A DNA stretch of 64,000 nucleotides from NCBI RefSeq assembly GCF_036321535.1, contig NC_087438.1, positions 11,100,001 to 11,164,000 on the forward strand, written 5' to 3'. The position numbers and the translations under genes were made by a program. Shown one piece after another: positions 11,469 through 23,520 of this stretch (its first letter is position 1; each line of letters begins with the position of its first letter). This stretch comes from Camelus dromedarius. Lineage: Eukaryota. The notes beneath the pieces were generated by a model. The model saw only the letters and a list, made by a program, of their open reading frames with translations, did no database searches and was not told the DNA's origin.

Positions 11469-14034
11469 GTGAGTGGGCCGCCCGTCCTAACACTCCCGAG
11501 TCGCGTCCCCCTCCCTTCCCCTCGCCCTCCCATCTGGGAAGGAAGGTTCTCGCACGCTGCCGAGGCGCACCCCTGTTTGGGCACCCGATCTGGGCCGTCA
11601 CCTTCCCCTTTGGCACTGCCCGCTCCGGCGCCCCGAGGATGCTGTCCCACCGCGGGGGTCTCTAAGCAACTTCTCAGGTTGTCTTTAGGACGGCTCGAGT
11701 CGCATTTCTGCCGTGTGTCTGAACCCATGTGCCCCAACTTTCCTTCCCTGAGCATCTGGGGTTTAGGGTGATGGTTTGGCAGATGGCGGAAGACGTTTTT
11801 CAAAAACAACGCAGTGAAAACTTTCCCAGGCCTTTGTGCACCAGTCCCCTGGACTTTCCTGTAGCAGGAAAAACTTCTGGAAGAAGTTAAGTTTCCATTC
11901 TCTGCTCCCTGCCCCCGAGCTGACAGCTTCGTGAAGCTGACCACCTATGGTCGTGCAAGGCGAGGGGTGGCTGGGGGCTTTGTCTGGGCCCTCTCGGGGC
12001 TGGAAACGGGCAAAGGACCATCTGTTACGTGGGGCTGGAAATTGCACAGAAATATTGCCTGTCAAGTGGGAACTTGGAAGTTGGGGAAACTTTAAACTCC
12101 ACCCACTGCTAAAGGATGATGGATGTGTGGGTTGGCTTCTCCCTCGCCCCTCCTCCCCCTCTTTGCATAAAACCTTAGTGTTGTAACCCAGTTGATTAAC
12201 GGCATGCCCCTGATATGCATACGGCAAAGGCATTTCCCGCAGTTCAAAAGTTAGGAAGGTTTGTCTTTCGTGAACTTGGCTGGAGAGGAGTGCAAGAGAC
12301 AGGGTCGGTTTTTACAGCCCGCCCCCAGAGGACCGGCGGTTAGAAACGGGGTCCAGCGCCTGCAGACTGGTAGGAATGCAGAATGGCTATTCAGCATGTG
12401 GTGGTAGGGAAACTCCTATCACCCTGTGCAAAACTTTGAGCTGTGGCCGCAGAATGTGGATGCCTCTCCCGTTGTTTGTGTCTGTGTTCCTTCTCAGCAG
12501 CTTTGTGAAATTACAGCAGAAACCGACCCTAAAAAACCGTATCCACAAGAACCTTTTGTTTAAATCATTCTTTTCTAGATCATCATGTTTTGAATTCCAC
12601 GTATATATGAAATATATATATCTTTCCTGGGTAGTTATATGAGAGAGTTTTTTCGTCTGACAATTTCATTTAGAAGAAGTTAAAAGGTTGTCTTTTTAGA
12701 TAGCAGACGTGAAATTTTGCCAGAAAAGATTATTGGAGAATCTTGGCCACCCCCCAAAAACGTCTTGAAGTTAATGTTTTAAAAATTTGTGGAAAAATGA
12801 GAGATTAAGCCTTCTTACTCTGAGTTATTAAAAAGCTTTCAGGGAGTGAGGTGTGTGCTTGTCAGTTCTGAGTGTGCATACATTATGATACTTCAACACT
12901 GGTTGGGGAGGTGGGGACGGACACCCCAGGAGGAACACAGAGCCTCTGCTCTGTGTTCTCCAACAAAGCCCCTCACACTCTTCCTAATCCTCTGCACCTT
13001 GTCCTCCTATCCCAGCCGTCTCCTGTTGTACCGTGTGTGGTGTATGACGACTTCCTGTCTGAACAGCAGAGTTTTCAACCCTTGGGAGAGAAAAGGAGAG
13101 ACAGAGAACTAATGTTCTCCAGCTGTTATCCGTAAATGCTACCTCTGCGTTTTCACTTCAGCCAAAGTGAAATTTTACTGGGATCGGATTTAGATACACT
13201 GTGGACTTTTCATAGGGAAAACCTCTTGGGCTCAGCTGATTCAAGGCGACCAATAGGAAGTTTTGGGAGGTAACTGACTTTTGGCTGGAGGGATACATTG
13301 TGTTCAACATTAATCAGCTTTCTTGAAATGCATGGAGATTCCTGTGTAACAGGTGGGGGCAGGGAATAGAGAAATAGAAATAACAAGAGCTTTTCAAAAA
13401 TCTTTTCTCCTCCTAGTTACACTTGACCTCTCCTAATATATGTCATTATTATATAATATATGTAATATATTATATGATCATGATATGTGTGTGATTGCAT
13501 ATGGTCAGCTTTGTTACACTGTGCTGTCGGGTGGCAGAAACTATGCACAGAAGCCTGTTGGTATTAGGTGTGTTAGTGTCATCTTTCTTATCTAAAATGT
13601 CAAATTTCAAAGAAACTGAAAGCAACTCCTAGACACAGGATTTCTGTTATCAAAAGAGACTGGAAATTAAGACAGTTTTATAGATTTAGTGCAATTTAGG
13701 TGTGGTATATTTCAAACATAAGGGAGAAATTATCAATAGAGTGTATATCCACAGCATTGCTCAGTGAGCGATCCCTCAACTATGAAACATTGGTGTATGC
13801 TTTAAAGCTCTGCACCTTAAATATATTTTATTTACTAGTGGAATTGACACCACCATGCAAATGACAGTTAAATTTTATACATATTGTTGTGAATTATTAG
13901 AACTTTTAAAACTATAGTGTTTGATCGGTAATCTCACTTTCTCCTGCTCCTGGAAAATATCTTTTTAATTAAAAAAAAAATTATTCCCAAAACTTACCTT
14001 AGCAGGTGCAAGGGGACAGAAGCTTCCTGCTTCT

Positions 14035-14120
14035 CTGTAATCCCAGGACCAGGGGCATCAGTATTACCTGGGAGCTTGTTGGAAATGCAGAATCTGAATC
14101 GTTTATCACATGCATATTAT
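14035..14120. mobile_element. MER5A (hAT-Charlie) fragment
   Basis: GCATCAGTATTACCTGGGAGCTTGTTGGAAATGCAGAATCT. Confidence 0.7.
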
Positions 14121-15239
14121 ATTAAAACTTAAGGCAGTTCTTCTGTTGATTTGGGAGTCTGGAAATTTGATTCCAGCTTCAGCTTAGCCACTGTGACCTT
14201 GCTCAATTGCCCCCAAATCTTGAGGTCTTTCTTGTCTAGAGTGAGTAGGGAAATTTTTTATTGGCGTTATTTGTCCTGATGTAATCCTTGATCATGTTAT
14301 CATTCATTTTATTTTGTTCTTATAATGCCTGAATGGACCACTTAACAGAGACTAGCCTTGGGAAGATATGTTACGATAAATAAGGAAGTTAAGACTCTTA
14401 TTGTGCCCAAATCAGTCAGTTCCTCTCTTCCTTTTGTCATCCCTTTTATCCCTCATCTCTGTCTTCCTCACTCATTCCCACTTCTTCTCTTAACTCAATC
14501 AGTCCTGAAATCTCTGCTTTTCTCCTGAGATTGAAGGAATGTGTATATCAATATTGGTCATTTCCAGTGTTTTGTTTTCCTAAATACTTAGTGAACATTC
14601 AAGTTAATGATTTAATTTTCAGCCTTTAGGCAGACTCAGTTTTGGCTCCAGGAAAAAGTTACCATCCCATCCCTGATCCTTAGCTTTCTAGAAACATAAG
14701 CGAATGTCTAAATGATTAGTATGTTCTGGGAAATTCTTTTATGGAAGGCTGACTTTTCTCTTTATCTTTTTTCATATAGTGTAAGTTACAGCCCATGCAT
14801 AGAAATCTGGAGAATGAGTTGGGGGTGATTCAAAGCCATTAGAACCATTAGCTTTGACTCCAGTTAAGCCAAATAAACAAATCTCTCTCTTCAAGTAGGA
14901 GGAGAGGAGCTGCTTTTCCTGCCTTTTAAGGTTTCCAGCCTCACCCTCACTTACTCAGTGGTTTCATTGTTATGTTTATTCTGCTGCAGCGGGGCTGAGT
15001 CTGTCATCCTCACACTGTTAACAGCTCCTTTGTAAAACCCTGCATGTTGTTGAATTGGAGCTGATGAGGGCTTCCTGATGAGGCTTGACCCTTGGTCGCT
15101 CTGCTGCTCTGTCAAACGCCCTGGGTCCCTTTCCATCTTCTCAGACCTGGGCTCTTCAGATATGGGGAGAGAAAGTTGCTGGGGAGCATAAATCCTCACA
15201 CATCTATCACCAGTTCGGGAAACATAGTTTGATGTAGTG

Positions 15240-15480
15240 ATAACGATGGCAGGTAACATTGATTGAGCGCTGACTTTGTCTAAGTAGGATCCTAAACCCT
15301 TCATGCACACTGACTCTCGTAATTCTTACGACAGCCCCGTGATGGGACAGGCATTCCTATGTCTCCATTTTACCAATAAGGAAACCCAGGTGCAGAGAGG
15401 ATGATCATTTCCCCAAAGTCTTTTACAGCTGGTATAGCTGGAACTGGAACTCAGGACCAAGTCTGTCTAAGTCCAGAGTT
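15240..15480 (-). mobile_element. MIR SINE
   Basis: CCATTTTACCAATAAGGAAACCCAGGTGCAGAGAGG core. Confidence 0.8.
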
Positions 15481-16739
15481 ACGTATTCATTCATTCAACC
15501 GATACATGTTGACTCTTATTTCCCACTCTGCGCCAGGAACTCTTCCAGATTCTTGAGATACATCAGTCCTGTCCTTGCCAGTCATATCTTCATCTGTGTG
15601 TGTGTGTGCATGTGTGTTGGGAGGGAGGGGAGGGGGGAACAGTTAACATGTGTGCATACACACAGACTTCAGGAGAGGGTGTGGCGTGTTTGATGGGGCT
15701 AAGATCTCTGCCTAAAGGAAATTGTCAGATTAAGACTGATGGGAGTTGGGAGGAGGAAGGGTGTTGCAATTTTAATTAGAGTCATTTTCTGGGCCTTACT
15801 GGAAAGTTGGCATTTAGATTGAGATTTAAAGAGAGTGAGGGACTAACCCTTGAGGATTCAGGTAGCAGGTTGACTGTCACTTTCAACCACTGTTTGTGCC
15901 AAAGTGGATACTTTTTGTGCTGGAGGGCAGGCAGCATCATTTTATGCAAGTGTAACATCGTCAGCCTTCTGGAAAAGGGTCAGTCTGGCAGTATTCTTTG
16001 CCTAGAGTCTTTGCAAACATATTTTATCCAGTTATATTGTATGAGCTATTTTGTGACTGCTTTTGTAGGGAGGGGAGAGAGAGCCTAGGCCATATTCTTC
16101 AAGCTGCAACCAGTAGGTGTTGCCTAACTTACTGGGCAAGTGAATATTTGCCTGAAGATCCCTCCAGATGTCTCAGTAACTCTTAGACAGAAGTAGGTCT
16201 TTGTTTATTGTCTCCAGGAAATAATTTCATTCTGATGAAAAATCAGAAGATAAATGATACTGATTCCACTGTTTGGCTCCAATCAAAGTGTTAGTGAAGC
16301 TAAATACCATTTTTGGTCTGACAGTGAGGTCAGGTCCAAGATTTGGAGAATCTTTTTGCCTGTTTAAAACAAGAGAAAAAAAGAGAGGTAACTTTTCTTT
16401 CTCCCTGGGAATCAACTGACTATGCCCTTTGAAGGAGAATGAATTCTGAGTTGATTATGAGTAGTTGTTAATTACTTTTGCCCTTAGCCCTTATCTGCAA
16501 GTGTCTCTGGAAGCTACTCACATCCCTTGGCTTGGCTCTTTGGTGGAAACTTCTAGGTATCATGCATGCATCTTAAGATGGCATTAGCAATGTATTAAAA
16601 TAGATGACAGTGAATAAATCTAGAGTGAATAAATTCTTTGAATAATGAAACAGTATAAATGAAGTTTAGAAACTTAGTATCTTAAAAAATAATATTTGAA
16701 GAGCTGTCTTGATGAAGGTTAAATTTCAGCATGCTGAGC

Positions 16740-16960
16740 AAAGACAGATGTATGTAAGTTACTAGACAATAGGTAGATTTGGCTTAGTCTGAGGAAGGAC
16801 CTGCCCACATTTGAGACAGGCTACCTTGTGAGAGAGTGAGTCCTCCCACAGGGGAAAGGCGACCACAGTAAAGGATGTTGTGCTAGAGATTTCTGCATTG
16901 ACTGATGGATCTACTGTAGGACCCTACCTGAAGTTCCCTAGAAAACATTCTGTCATGTGC
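16740..16960 (+). mobile_element. L3/CR1 3' fragment
   Basis: AGGTAGATTTGGCTTAG...AGGAAGGAC...GGCTACCTTGTGAGAGAGTGAGTCCTCCC, typical of the mammalian CR1 3' end. Confidence 0.55.
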
Positions 16961-18898
16961 GATTATGTTTGATGAAGGGTTATTGTTTGGTTCGAACTCA
17001 TATTGCTACTTCTCCCCGCCCCTTAATATATTTATTTCCTTGTAATTGTTAAAAAGTAACCCCCTCACTGTCTTTATGTTAATGCTCATTCTCTGTTACA
17101 TGTATGTGCTTTTATCTGTGTAGATATGTTTAGACATTAACTGGGAAATCTACTGATTTTATTTATTTCCCTGCCTTCGGTGGGACATAACCTCCTGCAC
17201 CAAAAGTTGGGATTTCATAAATGATGTGTCCCACTTTCAGTGCAGTAATGGCTGTGGATTCTACCTATAGTGTTAGTTACTTTTACTGTTACCCTGAAAC
17301 ACGTAGATCTACTAAAGTTGAAGCAAGACGCCGAATTGCGCTTGTGTTGAATGCCTTGAATAAATGCTTTAACTTTATTTATAAGACTTTTCCTTGGCAT
17401 CATTGGTTAGTGATGTCTTGTCAGAAGCGACAAATTGACTAGAACCGCACAAAGATGGCATCTTTCTCAAGGAACTCTGACAACCTTGTGCTCAGCATCA
17501 CATCTGCTGTGCGTGAGCCAGACTGGAAGTTCGGTGACGTGGTGACAAAAGTCCGTATCAGCTGAACTTTGCCAGCACATAGCATTTTGGGGGGTTCTGG
17601 TTACAGAAATTTAGACCTCTTTTCCCAGCTACTCACTGTATTAAATCTTTAGATAGAGACTTGCTGTAAGGAAGTTCAGCGTCTAACTGAGACTCTAGGC
17701 AGGGAGGCCAGTGATTGCAGAACAAGCTGATTCACCGAGGGACCCAAATTCTCCAAGGTGCTAAATGGGAGCGGAAGTGATAAGTGGGACGTGGGCACAA
17801 GGCTGGAGCTGCTCTCTAAATAGTGAAAATATCTGCAATTCCCCAAATACCTAAAGGATGCACATGGTTTCTAAAACAGCAACAATGATAACCACAGAAC
17901 AGATACACTGAAGGAGGAGTGGGTTACACTCTTGGGAGAAACTAAATATTTTGTTAAGAGATTCTCCCTAATTGTTCCCGAAAACCTCCATGTTCCATTC
18001 CTCACATGGTTTATTCCATGGAAAGTGATTCCTGTGGGATTTGTGAGTGGGGACCTTGGAATGCTTCAGAGAAGGGGCAGAAGCACCTGACCATCCTGGG
18101 TCCTCCCCACGCCTGCAATGAAGGAGACCCTGCAGGCTGATGCTTTTAAAATGTGCTAGTTCATACCCTAAAGACATACAGCTTCTGACGTGAATAATCA
18201 TTAACCCTCTGTGAATTGCCTTGAGTCATGAGATATAAACACAAGGTCACCATTCTTCCTGGTCCCTGGGTGAAGAAGTGTAGACGGTGTCTGGAGCCGT
18301 AAATCTTTTAGGCTGTGCATTCGATGTGTGTATTCTCTCAATTACTATTTAACTTCCAAACCAGGAACAAAATGAAAAACAGTTGTTAACACTGCCCGAA
18401 CTCATAATTGTAACTTTAGAAGCTTTGAGCAATGTGCAGAAATGTTATTAAAACATTTTTTTGTTTGCTACCCTTTCTATGGTAAATTCCTTTGCTGCAT
18501 TTACCAAGCAGATGTAGCAGTGGAAAGAGAACCAAAATTTCTAGAGAAAAATTTCAGGAATTTTTCTTATTCTGCTTGTGGATTGACCTTCTGGCTGCGA
18601 GTCACCCACTTTTTGGCAAGGTGGGGAAGTCAGGAAAAGGCTACTTGTATGTGCAATTGAACGTTTGACCCAACGGAGGACTCCAGTCAGATCGTAGGAG
18701 CGTCTGGGTTAAGTCCAAGTCCAAGTCCAAGACCAGGTCTTACACTTTCTAGCTGTCAGAGGTGGCTCAGACCCCAGGAGGAGGAGGGACAGGTAAGAGA
18801 CAGGGTAGAGAATGGAGGCGGAGGTGGGTGCATTTCAGTTGCAGCCAAAATGTTAAGTCCAAGGACAGGGAAGAAGAGGAGAAATTCAGAGAGAGAGA

Positions 18899-18934
18899 GA
18901 GAGCATGGAATCCTAACCACTAGACCACCAGGGA
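18899..18934 (-). pseudogene. Tailless retrocopy of the 5' half of tRNA-Glu(CTC)
   Basis: Minus strand TCCCTGGTGGTCTAGTGGTTAGGATTCcatGCTCTC matches nt 1-36 of mammalian tRNA-Glu-CTC at 33/36. Flanked by identical 16-bp direct repeats GAGAAATTCAGAGAGA (18879-18894, 18940-18955). No poly(A) tail. Confidence 0.85.
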
Positions 18935-19999
18935 GCGTCGAGAAATTCAGAGAGAATGGGAGTAGGGCACTGATTGCCTTCTACTGTAAGCACAGGTCAG
19001 TGTTCTTCTCAGCTCTCTTCTCTTTCAAATCTCTTAGCTCATGGGACAAAAACAATTACTAATAGAATAAGCTTGGCTATTGCCAAGTTTATTATGTTTT
19101 CGGTCATTTCAGTAATAGCAACTAACAATTAGTAGGTGCCACTTGCCCCTCTGAGCTTGTTGCACACACTCATTCCTGAAGTTCATGACAGCCAGGAGGC
19201 GGGCACAGATCATCCCACTTTACAGTTGCCAACACAGAGACTCAGGGGCAGGCTGGTGCCGCCTACGGCACACAGCTGGTGAGCAGCCCGGTCCCGCCTG
19301 CAGTCCCTGTGGCCATGCTGGCGTCCCTGCCCCTCTCTGCTGTGCCCCTGACCCCCTCCTGCCTCGTCATTTCAGTTGTAGCCAAAATCTTTCCCGATCT
19401 TTGGATAGCTTTGTGTATTTCAAAGAATCGCAGTGATTGCAAAGTAGCCGTTAAAAAGGAAAGTGACAGTGTTATGGATTAGGTGAGCAAAAATGAAAGA
19501 CACTTTTGGGGGGAAACTTTCAGCTCATTTTACCTGGCTCTCCCAAGGACCAATTAACTGCTCATTAGGCAACAATCTGCTGACAAATTGGCAGGCTAAC
19601 CAGTGTCTGTAAGAACCGCAGCGTGTGAAATGATCAGCATATTCTGTAGCATCTCTAGAGCACGAAGTAGAGCTGAGGGGCTGTCCCCGCTTCAGGTGCC
19701 CCAGAGCATCATGAACTTTTAATTTCCTTGGTGCCAGGATAGCCTTTTACCTGGGATAGCCCACCTGCTCACAAACGGAAGCTAACAGAGGACCAAAAGA
19801 GGTGCACACATGTTCCTTCCTCCCTAAATAGTTTATAAGTTATAGCTTATATTTCCCTCTGGTTTCAAAAGTATAGATTTGAAACAGCCACGAATATAGG
19901 GAATTATTGCAATATGTATTTGTATTTGCTCTCTTTGCCAGCCCCCCGGAAGACTTCTCCGTGAGTATGTCTGTGAAGTACTCTGGGAACTATACAGCC

Positions 20000-20160
20000 T
20001 TTCAAAAATTTATCTTATTTATCATCACAAGGACTGTGGGAGGGGTGTCCCCAGTTTATAGGTGAGGAAACTGAGGCCCTGGCAGCTTAAATGACTTGCC
20101 TTGATTTTACAGTCGAGAATAGATGGGGTCATTCTGACTAAATTTATTACACTTTCCATT
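20000..20160 (-). mobile_element. MIR SINE fragment
   Basis: CCCAGTTTATAGGTGAGGAAACTGAGGC...TAAATGACTTGCC. Confidence 0.75.
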
Positions 20161-23159
20161 ATAATATCATTTTCCTTAAAGTGCTCCAAGAATAAAAAAG
20201 AACAGAATCAGGCTAGGGTATTATCACCAGGCCTCCTTGCCAGTATTTTAAATTGCTTGCACCCAAGGATGAAAGTGAGGTCTGCAAGCATCTTTCCTTT
20301 CATTGCTTTTGCAGCTTTAGTAGGAGAGAAGCCAGCTCCCTCTTGCTCATCTCAGACCGGGGAGCTGTGCGGTGGCCCAGGGGAGCAGCCTTGCAGGGGT
20401 AAGATCATGATACTGAGGATGCACCATGAATTATTAGATAAATGTTCAGGACAAGATGACATTACTAATTAGAATGTACTTGCTATAAAGCTCAACCGGG
20501 GCTGTGAGGGTGTTTCTCTCCGAAAATGTCTGCTCGGGATGCTTAGGGAAGGTTATTTTACTTCTGGGAAGATCAGAGAATCAACTCTAAAATTGGGGAC
20601 GCTCAGCACCACGAGAGTCCTGATTCCCGTCTGTCTTCTTGTATCTTTCGCTGTTGAAGAACCAACACTGTTCAGGTCTTTCGAGGTGTTTAGGTCTGGA
20701 CACGCCCTTTAGGATGAGTTGATCTGATGTAAAAGAAATCCACCCTGTCATGTAGTCTTCGGTTGCTTTACTTTCCCCTCATTATCCTCTGGTTTAATGT
20801 CTGGTAGTTTTTGTTTTTGTTTGTTTTTTTTTTTTTCTATTTCTTGTTCCTTTGTATTTTTTCATTGCTTATCCAACCACATTCTCACCCTGACATGACT
20901 ATAACCCTGCTCAGGTAGTAGGTCCTTAATACATTTTTGTTAAACAAATACATGAAGATGATTTTGTAGCCATGATCTTTATTGGATCTAAAAAGGCCTA
21001 TGAAAATCCTCTCATATTTTCAGTGAACTTTCCTTAGATGCCAATATTTTACTCTTAAAACAAAATTTCTCTGGGTGTGTTTTTTTCTGAGGATGTTCTA
21101 ACTTGGGCTTTTGTTTTGAACAATGTAGGTCTACATCTTGTGGATGAAAATAGCTTTGCTTGTGTATTTAAGGAAAAATGAAATATGTATTTTTTAGCAT
21201 TGCTGAAAACAATTGCGTCAGACTTTTCAACTTCACTGATTTACAGTATTGTCAGCTTAACTGCTTTCAGTAAGTATTGAGTAGAATGCTTCTGGCTATT
21301 TTTTATTCAAAATATACTTTTGGTAATATTTGATTCAATGATTTGGAAATTGGATTTATATGACAATTTAAGTAAATCAATCTAGAAAAAAATTTTAAAA
21401 ATTGATATTTAAATTAAACAGTCATTCCTTTGGGGATCTCTGGGTTAAGGGGTTATAGGGTTATGAATGCTTTTAAATTTATAGATTCATCTACTTTATG
21501 CTGGGGGCTTTGCATTTCTATTTTTCTCCTTTTTATTATACAAATGATAAAAGTTATTAGATGTGTCTGGTATGATTAGAATGGTTTCTAGTTCGTCTTC
21601 TGCTTCTGACTTCCCTTCTTACTATAATCAGAAGTGAAGTAATCCATTTCAGAAAAGAAGAAAAACACTGAGCTGTAATGTATGTGTGTATGTGTACATG
21701 TACATGAGGCTATATTTAAATAACCCTTTTCTATAAATTCAGCAAAATCCATTATTCTGAACATATATTTTTTCCCTGTAAATGGAGAGAAATATATAAC
21801 CTATAAGGAATGTAAGAAATACAATTAAAATTCAAGCGCCATTTGTTTCTTTAATAATATGGTATCTGTTAGAGGCACAGCGTTAGGCAGAGGGTCACCA
21901 GAAGAATCAAACTAAAGAAGAAGTGAACAGTCCCATATGTGAGCTTCCTGAGATGGAACTTGCGATAGAGGTGACTGCACTTTCTGAGCAAAGGCCTTGA
22001 AATGGTTCTGTGGTGTGATATCCACCTCTAACTGTAGGTATTTGTTTACCTGAATGGGTGTTCCGCTCAGGTGAGTGGGTATGATATCTCATTGGTGGGA
22101 ATTTTACGCTGCGTGACACTGAGCCTGGTTGACATTTGTGTTGAGGAGCCAGAGAGTAAATTCGGATTCATAGGCAGCATTCACATACTCCTTTTCGTCT
22201 TTTAGTTTTTGATTTTGTAGCTCAACAGCTGCTCTGTTGGTTGGAAAGATTTATGTAGCCCCATTTCGACAATGTATACTGTGCAGACTGCCATGAAAAT
22301 ACATTTCAGGACATGGCATTTCTGTCCGGAACAGCTTACTTTTCACATTTTATTTTGCATCCACTTTGCTTATTTAATTATATTTTAATAATTTTCTCTC
22401 TTTTCCATCTCTCCCAAAGACCTCTCCTGTTGATTATCCCTGCAAGCTTGTTTTGAGAGACAGTATTTCCTTGGGGAGTCCTTCTCCATTCCTGAAGCCA
22501 TAACAACATGAACTGAGCAATCAAAAGCCAATTCCCTCCCCTAGGTTGTGCTTCAAATAGTCATTTCTTTGATACAGGCTAATAAAAACAGGAAAGGGAT
22601 CATTTTTAAATGCTTTGGTTGGGGTTGCTTTACTTCCAATAAGGAAAATTGCCTCACAAGGGGGAGCATGGGTAATAAAGATACAACTAACTGAGTAATT
22701 GTATTGGGTCTAATGTCAAAATCTCCAAGCGGCTGCCTGCAAATCTAATTTAATCTCGCGATTGCTGTGTGTCCACCGTAGTGCGTAGATTTGAATTTGC
22801 TGCTACTGATCATCTCTTCACAGTTCATGAAGATGAATTTCAAATGCTACTGGAGATTTTTGATCTGGCTGGGGTTTTTCCTTAGCAGTATTCATAAGCT
22901 TTGGGGTAGGTAGCAAAAGGGCATTGAGGGTTGACCGAGAATTAAATATACAATAGAACCTGGGCTATTTTCCTGGTGAAAATGGCCATAGATCACCTGA
23001 CAGTGAAAGAGGTTGAGGCACAAAGAAATGAAACAATTTGGCAAAGATCATGCAGAGTCCAGCCATTTCTTTTTAATCCATTTCTTACTTACCATGCTTT
23101 ACACCCGTTTCTTCCTTACTTTCAGAAGATCTGAAAGGAATGTAGTGACTTTTCCTTCT

Positions 23160-23520
23160 CTGTCCAGTTATGCCCTCCAGGACTGACCTTCTCATACCCC
23201 CAGCTGCACAGGGTTTTGGCCGCTGATGGCTCACAGCTCATTGCTTCTCTGGAAATGATTCTCACCCAAGGCAAGGGAGCAGCCCCCATCCGATGACTTT
23301 TTGAGGTGGGGGTATAACTGGGGACGTCTCTGAAGGGCCACCTTGGGTCCAGAGCTCCCCGTGGAATTGGCTGCGTCCTCTACGGCAGCTGCATTGCAGA
23401 CTGAATTCTATCTCTGTCCAATTTGCCTGTTCTTTCACCTTTTCTTAGTGTGATCCTGAGGGTACTTTCCGATACCTGCATTTCAAATCGTATCAGAGAC
23501 TGTTTACAGGGGAGCCAAGA
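23160..23520 (+). mobile_element. LTR16-like ERVL solo LTR
   Basis: GCTGATGGCTCACAGCT...CTCTGAAGGGCCACC...CCAGAGCTCCCCGTGGAATTGGCTG. Confidence 0.7.

Larger units (their letters stand above)
10650..11720. promoter_or_regulatory. FBXL7: CpG island / FBXL7 promoter
   Basis: Very high GC and CpG density against CpG-depleted flanks. GC boxes (GGGCGG 10876-10881, GGGGCGGG 11092-11099), half-CRE TGACG at 10870, and TATAAAAG at 10686. Confidence 0.92.

Noticed and set aside
11469..11665. Continuation of the 77-aa ORF starting at the FBXL7 ATG
   Set aside because: Similarity to FBXL7 ends exactly at the GTGAGT donor; the rest is intron read-through.
10732..11944. Many long overlapping ORFs (110-195 aa) on both strands
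   Set aside because: Expected from stop-codon scarcity in a GC-rich CpG island. They encode low-complexity Pro/Arg/Gly/Ala peptides, mostly with non-ATG starts.
18899..18934. Functional tRNA-Glu gene
   Set aside because: Only the 5' half is present, with no T-arm/B-box or 3' acceptor strand.
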